Program-made: the position numbers and the translations under genes
Notes under the pieces: model-generated
What the model was told of the DNA's origin: nothing
Databases searched by the model: none
The model's input: only the letters and a program-made list of their open reading frames with translations
In this document: positions 9,604 to 17,632 of the stretch, in pieces
Layout of the letters: each line of letters opens with the position of its first letter
Position numbering within the stretch: position 1 is the first letter of the stretch
Source of the DNA: an uncultured delta proteobacterium
GTDB taxonomy: Bacteria > Myxococcota > Kuafuiibacteriia > Kuafuiibacteriales > Kuafuiibacteriaceae
DNA: 64,000 nucleotides
Reading direction: 5' to 3'
NCBI GenBank assembly: GCA_963803435.1
Contig: CAWDML010000001.1
Coordinates: 2,784,001-2,848,000, forward strand

Positions 9604-11013
9604 ATCGCCGAGAGCCTCCCAAGGTCCGGAGACATCGTCACTCGGGTCGGCCGGTACTCGATCCATGAAGAGCTCGCGAGGGGCGGGATGGCCCGCGTGT
9701 TCGTGGCGCAGAAGGACGGCTCGTCCGACATCTGTGTGCTCAAGCTCCTCGACACCGAGCACGAGAACGATCAGGCCGGGGCGCAGCGTCTCCGCCGCGA
9801 AGCCCACCTGCTCTCGCTGATGAACCATCCTCACATCTCGCGCGTGCTCGACGCCGGCTTCGAGCGGGGCGCGTTCTTCATCGCGCTCGAGTTCATCCCC
9901 GGTCACACCGTGGCGCTCATCCAGCAGCACCTCCGCAAGCAGCAGCGCCGCATCCCGCCCGAGGTCACGATGGTGGTCGCGCTCGACGTGCTCGACGGCC
10001 TGGGCTACGCGCACGACCACAGCGACCCGGACGGCAAGCCGATTCACCTCGTGCACCGCGATCTCTCTCCGAACAACATCATGCTCAGCTACCTCGGTGA
10101 GGCGAAGATCATCGACTTCGGGATCGCCTCCGGAAAGATCGACACCTTCAAGACGAAGCCAGGCCACATCATGGGCACGCCGCGCTACCTCTCCCCCGAG
10201 CAGGCGACCATGAAGACGGTGGACAAGCGGAGCGACCTCTACACACTCGCCGTCGTCCTCTACGGCATGTTCACCGGGCGACCGCTGATCCGGAAGGGAC
10301 CACCGGGCCAGGTCCTGGGCGAGATCGTCGACGCGGTCCCGCGCCCGCTGGTGGACGTGGTCACCGATTTTCCTCCGGAGATCTGGAACGTGCTCGAGGT
10401 GGCGCTGGCGAAGTCGCCGGCCGAGCGCTGGCAGAGCGCCGCCGAGTTCCGCGACGCCCTCGAGGCCTCCCATCCCTGGACGCTGCCGACGCGACAGGAG
10501 ATCGGGCTCTTCCTCGAGGCCTACTTCCCGGAGGGCAAGCAGAGCGCCGACGCCCTGTACGCCCGCGGCCGCGCCAATGCCCCCAGCATCGTGCAGCCCG
10601 GCGGCTTCTTCGACACCACGGGCATCGACCTGCCGCTCCCGCAGAAACATCCGATCACCGAGCCCGAGATCATCCCCGACGGACCGGCGGCCGACGGGCC
10701 GACGGATCTGATCAACCGCCCGAGCGAAGACGCGAAGACGGCCGAGATCGACCGCGCGGACTCCTCCGCGAACCTCGAGCAGGAGCTCGCGCTCGAGCGC
10801 GTCAAGGAGATGGACAGCGGGCCGACCGTCGCGAACGAGCCTCTCGATCTACCCGCGCTGCCGCCCGCGCCGCGGCGGGCGTTGCCGCGGCAACAGACCG
10901 ATCCCTCGGGACCCGCGCAGCGCTCCACGGCATGGATCTGGTTCGCGCTGCTCTTGGGGGCGGTGGCGCTGGGCGTGGGGGCGGGCGTCGTGTTCAGCAA
11001 GCTCGGTTCGTGA
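9604..11013 (+). CDS. Hanks-type Ser/Thr protein kinase with C-terminal TM
   Basis: RYSIHEELARGGMARV, VLK, HRDLSPNN, KIIDFG, GTPRYLSPE, SDLY. No in-frame ATG precedes subdomain I, so the start is approximate; ATC at 9604 may be a miscalled ATG. Confidence 0.9.
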   Translation: MAESLPRSGDIVTRVGRYSIHEELARGGMARVFVAQKDGSSDICVLKLLDTEHENDQAGAQRLRREAHLLSLMNHPHISRVLDAGFERGAFFIALEFIPGHTVALIQQHLRKQQRRIPPEVTMVVALDVLDGLGYAHDHSDPDGKPIHLVHRDLSPNNIMLSYLGEAKIIDFGIASGKIDTFKTKPGHIMGTPRYLSPEQATMKTVDKRSDLYTLAVVLYGMFTGRPLIRKGPPGQVLGEIVDAVPRPLVDVVTDFPPEIWNVLEVALAKSPAERWQSAAEFRDALEASHPWTLPTRQEIGLFLEAYFPEGKQSADALYARGRANAPSIVQPGGFFDTTGIDLPLPQKHPITEPEIIPDGPAADGPTDLINRPSEDAKTAEIDRADSSANLEQELALERVKEMDSGPTVANEPLDLPALPPAPRRALPRQQTDPSGPAQRSTAWIWFALLLGAVALGVGAGVVFSKLGS

Positions 11014-11760
11014 CTACATCGACTCGACGTTTCCAGAGGCGAGGTCGACCCGATACGTGCGCTCGCCGTCGAGCACCAGCGTCGCGGTGTTCTCACCGGT
11101 GAACGTGACGTCGGCCGTGATGTCGAGCGTGCGCTCGCGGACGGTGGCCCGACGCTGGGCCGTCCGCTCGGCGCGGATCTGATACGTGATCTGTCCGCCG
11201 ATGATCGCGCGATCCGACGTGCGGATCTGGACGCCCTGGTAGCTCGCGTCGTAGTCGAGCTTGAAGAAGCGCTCGACGGGGCGATAGATCGCCATGAACT
11301 CCGAGTCGACGTCGAAGCTGCCGGTGCCGTCGAAGCGGGCGGTGCCCGACTGGATGTCGGAGAGCGTCCAGTCTCCGTCGCGGACCAGGCTGGCGTCATA
11401 GCGCGCGGTGTCGACGTCTCCCTCCCAGTGGAGGACGAGGTGCGCCCCGTCCGTGAGCTCGCCGCACGCGTCCATCACCGCGCCGGCGGCGTCGGTGCAG
11501 GTCGCCTCGAACGTGTAGTCGAGGCTGCCCCGGCGTCCGCTGAGCACCCCCGAACCGCTCCGGGTGAAGCCACCCGGCATCTGGCCGGCGGCGACCATCA
11601 CCGCATCGGAGGCCGCTTCCGCCTCCCCGCCCGAGTTGTCCGACACCAGCGCGCCCACGCTGGCGCCGACATCGTCATAGTCCTCGGCGGTCGGCTGCTG
11701 CCCACACGCGAAGGAGAAGGTGAAAAGCCCGGCCATCAGAAGTTTCGACTCTCGCATCAT
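11014..11760 (-). CDS. Hypothetical beta-rich lipoprotein
   Basis: AGGAGG RBS and MMRESKLLMAGLFTFSFAC lipoprotein-type signal. The mature part is rich in alternating beta-strand patterns. Confidence 0.75.
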   Translation of the reverse strand: MMRESKLLMAGLFTFSFACGQQPTAEDYDDVGASVGALVSDNSGGEAEAASDAVMVAAGQMPGGFTRSGSGVLSGRRGSLDYTFEATCTDAAGAVMDACGELTDGAHLVLHWEGDVDTARYDASLVRDGDWTLSDIQSGTARFDGTGSFDVDSEFMAIYRPVERFFKLDYDASYQGVQIRTSDRAIIGGQITYQIRAERTAQRRATVRERTLDITADVTFTGENTATLVLDGERTYRVDLASGNVESM

Positions 11761-11815
11761 GTCCTCCTGACCGACCCAAACCCGCGCGATGGAAAGAGGT
11801 TGCGGGTGACTGCGC

Positions 11816-13615
11816 TCACCGGCCCGGCGTGAACTCCAGACGGACCAGGGGCGGAGTGACCAGGTCGTGCGGCTGCGGGAAGTCGTGGCCGAGGCCGAGC
11901 GTATCGGACGCCTCAAAGACCCCGTTGCTCGCCTTGAGCGTCAGGGGCTTCTCGACGAGCACGACCGGGACGTCGAGCGCCTCCACCAGATCCCGATAGC
12001 CGGCGCCGATGGAGAGGGGCAGGCCCATGGCCTCCGCCTTCTTCTTCGCGTGCGCGATGACTGCGGCGTAGAGGTGGGCGTCGAGCTCGCCCTCGCCGAA
12101 CGCATCGCGATGCGGAAAGTCGCGCTGGAACGGCTCGAGGTAGAGCGTCGGCGTCCCGTCTTCCAGGTGGAGCACGCGAAGATAGGAGCGGGCCGCGGCG
12201 TTGTGCGGCCAGCGTGGATCGTCGACCAGGATCGCCTTGGTGCGGCCGTTGGAGAGGAGAGGGAGGAGGCAGCGGCCGCCATAGTCGAAGCCGTGGCTGG
12301 GACCGCCGATCTTGGTGAGCCAGAGCAGCTCGATGTCGTCCTCTTCTCGCGTCTTCAGCTCCACGTCGCCCGCTCGATAGGTCGTCTTCAGATCGGACTC
12401 GAACGTCCGCTTCTGCTTCCGGCTCAAGCCCGAAAGCTGCGCGGCCGAGATCGGATTGTCGTAGCGCCACTTGCGATAGTCGCCCTCGACCACGTGCTGC
12501 GTGATGTTCGCGACTGCCTTCACCACCTTGGGGGTGAGCGCCCGGTCGGGCGACATCTCGCGGGCGGTCTCGTTGAGCGCTCTCAAGGGCACGAACGCTT
12601 CATGCTCGAGCGCCCGCCTGATCGCGGCCGAGGTCGGCTTCCACGGCGCGGAGCTCTTCGGTGGAACGCCAATCTCGCGAAGGAAGCTCGAGACCAGGAA
12701 GCCGTCGAGAGCGCGGGCGGGATCCGCGTCGCGCAGGACAGCCTGCAGATCGCGTGCGAGCGCCGCCTGGGTGGCATCCTGCCGATCCTGGGACTGGAAG
12801 CGCGAGATGGCGTCGTGCTCCCGGCGTCGATAGGCGCTGCGCGCGTTCGGGTGGTGCCACCCCATCCGGGTGCGCGCGTAGTCGGGGGCGTTGACGGCCT
12901 CGTCGGCGAGCAACGCGGCCCCCGTGAGATTGGCAGCGAACGAGCGGCGGGCTTCGCCCTTCAGGCGCGCGTGCAGCGCCAGCAGTGACGCGCCGAGCCC
13001 CGGATCGCCCAGCCGCTCTCCGATCATGGACGCGGCGTCCTCGGGCCGCTTCACCTGATCCGGACGCACCCATTCGTTGGTGGTCCGGCGGCAGCGCGAC
13101 GCCGCTACCGTATGGATCTGCTCGATGCGGGCCTTTGCAGCGGCCTCGATGGCCTCCAGCTGGGCCCGGGGGAAGACCTTGACCGCATCGCAGTCGCCGG
13201 CCGCCTCGAGGGCGCGGGCGATCTGGCCGATCCTCCAGAGCACGCCCTTCTGCGAGGCTTCCAGCCGGCGCGCCGTCCCCTGGGTGATCCGTCCCGATCG
13301 CTGCATCGAGAGCGCCTCGGCCAGGCCGAGGAAGGAGCGGGTCACGCCCTGCAGCGCCTCTGCTTCGTTCTCCAGCGAGTCGATGGCCCGCGCGTTGATC
13401 GGCGCGATGCGCTCGAGGAGGCTGCGCATCGCGTCGTCGTCGCCGAGCGGCTTGCCCTCGAGCGGGCGCCAGGCCGGGCCGAGCTCGGCCGCAGTGATGT
13501 CGCGGATGCGACCGACCTCGGCCACCTTCGCTTCAACCTCTTTGCCGACCCGCTCGCCGTAGGAGGCGACCGCACGGGCGAGCTCGGGAGAGGGTGCGTC
13601 GACCTTCGTCTTCAC
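11816..13615 (-). CDS. Hypothetical 599-aa protein, candidate secreted effector
   Basis: Long ORF with high third-position GC. Its GTG start overlaps the stop of the upstream chaperone-like gene (GTGA). Helical N-half, alpha/beta C-terminal domain, no signal peptide or TM. Confidence 0.75.
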   Translation of the reverse strand: MKTKVDAPSPELARAVASYGERVGKEVEAKVAEVGRIRDITAAELGPAWRPLEGKPLGDDDAMRSLLERIAPINARAIDSLENEAEALQGVTRSFLGLAEALSMQRSGRITQGTARRLEASQKGVLWRIGQIARALEAAGDCDAVKVFPRAQLEAIEAAAKARIEQIHTVAASRCRRTTNEWVRPDQVKRPEDAASMIGERLGDPGLGASLLALHARLKGEARRSFAANLTGAALLADEAVNAPDYARTRMGWHHPNARSAYRRREHDAISRFQSQDRQDATQAALARDLQAVLRDADPARALDGFLVSSFLREIGVPPKSSAPWKPTSAAIRRALEHEAFVPLRALNETAREMSPDRALTPKVVKAVANITQHVVEGDYRKWRYDNPISAAQLSGLSRKQKRTFESDLKTTYRAGDVELKTREEDDIELLWLTKIGGPSHGFDYGGRCLLPLLSNGRTKAILVDDPRWPHNAAARSYLRVLHLEDGTPTLYLEPFQRDFPHRDAFGEGELDAHLYAAVIAHAKKKAEAMGLPLSIGAGYRDLVEALDVPVVLVEKPLTLKASNGVFEASDTLGLGHDFPQPHDLVTPPLVRLEFTPGR

Positions 13616-13959
13616 TCCGCCCCTCCGATCGCCTTCATCATCCGCTCGTAGTGCTCGGCGCAGAGCGCCGCGTTGTCGACCTCACCGAGCGCCGCATAGC
13701 AGCGGGAGAGCATGAGCGGATCCACCGGGTGCACGCTGCCCAGCGCGGCCAGCCCCAACAGCACGTCGATGCAGGCGGTGAGCTTGCCCGCACCGAACAG
13801 CGCGATCGCCTGCCGCCTCAGATCGCGCGCTGAGTCGTCGCCGAGCCCGAGCGCTTCCATGAGCTCGATCTGCCCGTCTGTGAAGCGCTGGACCGATTGC
13901 GGATCGACCCTGGTCCGGGCCTTCTCGGACCCGGACAGCTTGATCTGTTGGTTGGACAC
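13612..13959 (-). CDS. Small TPR protein resembling class II T3SS chaperones (SycD/LcrH)
   Basis: FTDGQIELMEALGLGDDSARDLRRQAIALFGAGK..VLLGLAAL..LMLSRCYAALGEVDNA follows the residue pattern of the SycD/LcrH N-terminal helix plus TPR1-2, as I recall that sequence. Confidence 0.62.
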   Translation of the reverse strand: MSNQQIKLSGSEKARTRVDPQSVQRFTDGQIELMEALGLGDDSARDLRRQAIALFGAGKLTACIDVLLGLAALGSVHPVDPLMLSRCYAALGEVDNAALCAEHYERMMKAIGGAE

Positions 13960-13978
13960 GGCTCGAGATCAGCACATC

Positions 13979-15301
13979 TCACCGAGAACGGTCCAGCTCC
14001 GGAACCCACCCGATGTTGCTGGCCAGCCTCAACAACGCCGCCTCCGCGTTCGCGTCCGCCTCGCCGCCCCGGATCGCTCGGAGCGCTTCCCGGAGCGGGA
14101 GCATCTCGGGTGTCACTTCGATCTCGAGCGCGAAGAAGTGATGGCGGAGATCGGTCTGCCCGGGTGACGCATCGCTCGGCGCGCCGAGCCGCACCAGGCC
14201 GCCCGGATCGAAGCCGCGCGTCATCAGTAGGCTCTGGAGCGTCACCTCCGGCGTCTTCGGGTGCACCTTCACGTCGAGCAGGTCCCGAGCGCACGGCCGG
14301 ACCGTGCTCGGATCGCCGTGCCACTCCGACGCCAGCAGATCGCGCTTCACCAGCAGCTGCCAGCGCGTGCGCGGCTCGAAGCGCACCCGCGGGACGCCGT
14401 CCGCACCGAACCCCCACAGCACCACCTTGGCCCGGTCGTAGGGCACGCTGAGGAACTGCATCGTGAAGGGCCGCCCAATCCGGGTGCCCTCGACCGCGAG
14501 GTGGCTCACGCGAGCCTCCATCATCCGGAGCCCGTCGCGAAGCGCGACGTCGCGGTGCACGTGCATCGACATGCCGCCGATGGACAGCGAGGACGAGGGG
14601 GCCGGCCCCGGATCGCGGGCCCAGGGGCGCGGATCGATCCGAGGCCCCAGCCCGAGCGTGTCCCAGCGGGGATCGTCGACGAAGCCGCCCAGCTCGACGG
14701 AGTAGCCAATCTTCGAGAGCGCCCGCGCGTAGGCGACCCGAGCGCGCGCCGACTCGCCGATCCGCCCCTCGTCCGTGGCTGCGATCGCCTCGGCGATCGG
14801 CATGGAGACGGGATGGAGCAGCCCGGGCAGCTCGAGGCCCGCGCCGTCACCGAGCGCGCGCCGATCTGAGAACGTCACCAGCGAGAAGAAGTATCGATCG
14901 GCCTCGGTCGACTCGTCGGGCATGGTCGGAGAGGGGATCTGGCCCAGCTCGACCAGGCTGCCCGCGGTCATCTCCGCGCCGATCTCCTCGGCGATCTCCG
15001 CGGCCGCAATCTGGCTTGCGCTTTGGTCCTCGTGATCGAGCCGGCCGCCGATCGTCCCGATCTTCACGTACGGCTCGCCCCGGAGCGTGCGCGGGGGCCG
15101 GGTGTCGCCGCCCTTGAGCACGGCGCACAGCTCGCCGTCGTGATCCAGGGTGAAAACAGCCACGATCGAGACGTCATGTCCGGGTCCCGAGAGCACGTCG
15201 GCGGCCCGCTCGTCGCCGGCGAAGCGGAAGCGAAAGCGCCGCAGCTTCATGTATCCGTCGAACAGCAGCCGCCGCTCGACCAGCTCGGCGTGATCGTTCA
15301 C
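13979..15301 (-). CDS. Nudix-fold protein with a degenerate second Nudix-like half
   Basis: N-terminus like ADP-ribose pyrophosphatases (LFDGYMKLRRFRF) and a Nudix-box variant GGRLDHEDQSASQIAAAEIAEEIG. The C-half repeats LVRLG..ASPGQTDLRHHFFALEI without the box. Confidence 0.7.
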   Translation of the reverse strand: MNDHAELVERRLLFDGYMKLRRFRFRFAGDERAADVLSGPGHDVSIVAVFTLDHDGELCAVLKGGDTRPPRTLRGEPYVKIGTIGGRLDHEDQSASQIAAAEIAEEIGAEMTAGSLVELGQIPSPTMPDESTEADRYFFSLVTFSDRRALGDGAGLELPGLLHPVSMPIAEAIAATDEGRIGESARARVAYARALSKIGYSVELGGFVDDPRWDTLGLGPRIDPRPWARDPGPAPSSSLSIGGMSMHVHRDVALRDGLRMMEARVSHLAVEGTRIGRPFTMQFLSVPYDRAKVVLWGFGADGVPRVRFEPRTRWQLLVKRDLLASEWHGDPSTVRPCARDLLDVKVHPKTPEVTLQSLLMTRGFDPGGLVRLGAPSDASPGQTDLRHHFFALEIEVTPEMLPLREALRAIRGGEADANAEAALLRLASNIGWVPELDRSR

Positions 15302-16863
15302 TCCAGGGTTCCCGCGTCGAGCCGGGTGACCGCGTCGGCGGCGTTCGCCAGCTCGAGCGCGAGCCCTTCGGGGAAGGACGCCACCTCGACACGATGGCCC
15401 CAGCGCTGCATCTGCTTCACCAGCGGGGCGAAGTCTCCGTCACCCGACACCAGGATCACCGCGTCGACCGACCCGCGCATCGAGACGGCCTCCATCGCGA
15501 TGCCCATGTCCCAGTCCGCTTTGCTCTGCCCGTCGGCGAATACCTTCGGCTTCTTCACCCGCAGCTCCCATCCGCTCTTTCGAAGTGTGTCGCAGAACGC
15601 TTCGAACGCGGTGCCGCCGTTGTCCACCACGAAGGCGAGCGCGCGGCTCACCTCGCGCCCCGCGCGCAGCCGATCGTAGAGCGCGGCGAAGTTCACCTTG
15701 CGCCGATAGACGGTCGCAGCCGTCGCGGCCAGGTTTGCCTGATCGAGCAGGATCGCTACGGAGTTCTCCGGTCGCTCGCGCGGGTCCTCCGTCTCCGGCA
15801 CGCGTCGCTCCAGCTCGACGATCCGCCGGCGGGCCGCGTGCAGCTCCTCTCGCGCGGCCTCCAGCTCGGCGCGCAGCTTCTCGATCCGCTGCTCGTGCTC
15901 GCCGAGGTCCTGCTCGCGCGCCTGCCGCTGCTTGTCGAGCTGATGCTCCAGCTCCTCCGAGCGACGCCGCGCCTGATCGAGCTCCGCCTGGGCCCCTGCC
16001 AGCGTCTTCGAGGCGCCCGCCAGCTTGGACAGCCGCCGGATCCGTTGCTGGAGCTCCTCGGCCTTGGCCTTGGCCTCCTCTTCGCCGGCCTTCGCAGCCA
16101 CCGTCTCGCGCTGCCCGGTCTCGACCTCGGCCAGCGCGCGCTTCAGCTCGACCAGCTGCTGCTCGAGCTCCGACCGGACCTCGGTCTCCTGCCGGAGCGT
16201 GCGCTCCTTCGAGCCGATCTGCGCCAGGAGCTTCGCCCGCTCACCCTCGAAGGAGGTGACCTGCGACTCCAGATCCGTCACCCGCTGCGCCGCCTCCGCC
16301 AGCCGCTCCGCCTGCTCCTGTAGCCGCTTGGCCAGGCCGATGCCGTCCAGGGCGCGCTCGTCCTCGTCCCCCTCGAGCACCGCGCGCGCGGTCTCGAACC
16401 CGGCGGCCTCCTCGAAGAACTCCTTGATCACGCGGTTCGCGAGCTGACGCACCGACCCGCGGTCGTCGCGCGCCAGCGCCCAGACCAGCTTGGCGCGCTC
16501 TCGCTTGAGGGCGATCGCCCGGTACGAGCCGATCCGATCCGGCGCCTGCGCCTCCGGGATCGAGGCCACGATGTGGCGCTCCTTCTGGCAGGCCCGATCG
16601 AGCTCCTTGATCAGCTGATAGGCGATGTCGTCGACGGAGAAGAACCCGGCCGTGAGCTGGCCGACCAGCTCCGCCTTCTTCCGGTTGTCGATGCGGGCGC
16701 CGTGGCTCTGCCGCGTGCTGGCGCCATAGATTCGCTCGGCCACGCGCCGCTCCAGCGCGTCGAGCAGGACGATCCCGAGCGAGTGCGCGTCGAAGATCTC
16801 CTTGAGCTCGGCGAGGACCTTCTTGAACTCGCCCGACTTGAACTTGGGGGTGGCGGGCACCAC
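15298..16863 (-). CDS. Coiled-coil protein with C-terminal NYN (LabA/DUF88, PIN-like) nuclease domain
   Basis: AILLDQANL, SKADWDMGIAMEA and ILVSGDGDFAPLV..GHRVEV, preceded by a long E/Q/R/A-rich heptad region. Confidence 0.88.
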   Translation of the reverse strand: MVPATPKFKSGEFKKVLAELKEIFDAHSLGIVLLDALERRVAERIYGASTRQSHGARIDNRKKAELVGQLTAGFFSVDDIAYQLIKELDRACQKERHIVASIPEAQAPDRIGSYRAIALKRERAKLVWALARDDRGSVRQLANRVIKEFFEEAAGFETARAVLEGDEDERALDGIGLAKRLQEQAERLAEAAQRVTDLESQVTSFEGERAKLLAQIGSKERTLRQETEVRSELEQQLVELKRALAEVETGQRETVAAKAGEEEAKAKAEELQQRIRRLSKLAGASKTLAGAQAELDQARRRSEELEHQLDKQRQAREQDLGEHEQRIEKLRAELEAAREELHAARRRIVELERRVPETEDPRERPENSVAILLDQANLAATAATVYRRKVNFAALYDRLRAGREVSRALAFVVDNGGTAFEAFCDTLRKSGWELRVKKPKVFADGQSKADWDMGIAMEAVSMRGSVDAVILVSGDGDFAPLVKQMQRWGHRVEVASFPEGLALELANAADAVTRLDAGTLE

Positions 16864-16912
16864 GGCGAGGCCCTTCTAATGCACGCACGGGGGAGCTGTC
16901 ACTCCCTTGGGA

Positions 16913-17632
16913 TCAGCGCCGGAGCCGGTTGTGCTCGAAGTAACGCTCGTCGGCGTAGTATTCGTCTTCGCGCCCACCGTCGGACGAGGATCGGCGATTC
17001 CGCTCGGAGACCGCGTCGCTCCGAGCTTTGATGCTGTCGCGATCCATCTGGACTCGCTCTTCGCGGATCCTCTGCTCGAGGTCCCGCTGCTGCTCCCACC
17101 GCTCCTCCGAGGTCAGCCTCTCCACGTCGGCCTCGACGTCCTGATCCTCGTTCGCACGGCGCTCGTCGAGCACCTCGGGGTAGCGAACGCGATCGTCGTG
17201 GTACGTGAACTCGTCGTAGGTGCGGTCGGCCTGGTTCGCGGCGCCGATGTTGAGCGCGCGCTCCTGATCCTGCCATCCCTGCACGATGCCGTTGACCAAG
17301 GTCTTGAACGTGAACCTCTCGAAGGCCCCCTCGCCGGCCCCGGTCTCCGCACGGACTTGATCCAGATCCGCGGTGCGCGACACGACCTCCTCGTGCGCCA
17401 CGTTCTTGTGGCGGTTGAGGCGAACGAGGACCGGCGGTGGGGTGGTCCGGCGCTGGACGGTCGAACCGCTCTGACCGACCACGCGCTCGTACGATCTGCG
17501 ATCCGGAACCTTCGTCTCTTCGATGGGTGCCGCCTGGATCGGCATCTCTGGCGCGACCGGCTCGATGGACATGCTGCCCGACCCGCGCGTGGTCGGATCG
17601 TCCTCGACCAACTTGTCGCCCGTGACTCTCAC
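16913..17632 (-). CDS. Hypothetical highly charged, probably disordered protein
   Basis: GTG start overlaps the TGA of the 969-aa gene; high third-position GC; E/D/R-rich C-terminus. Confidence 0.7.
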   Translation of the reverse strand: MRVTGDKLVEDDPTTRGSGSMSIEPVAPEMPIQAAPIEETKVPDRRSYERVVGQSGSTVQRRTTPPPVLVRLNRHKNVAHEEVVSRTADLDQVRAETGAGEGAFERFTFKTLVNGIVQGWQDQERALNIGAANQADRTYDEFTYHDDRVRYPEVLDERRANEDQDVEADVERLTSEERWEQQRDLEQRIREERVQMDRDSIKARSDAVSERNRRSSSDGGREDEYYADERYFEHNRLRR

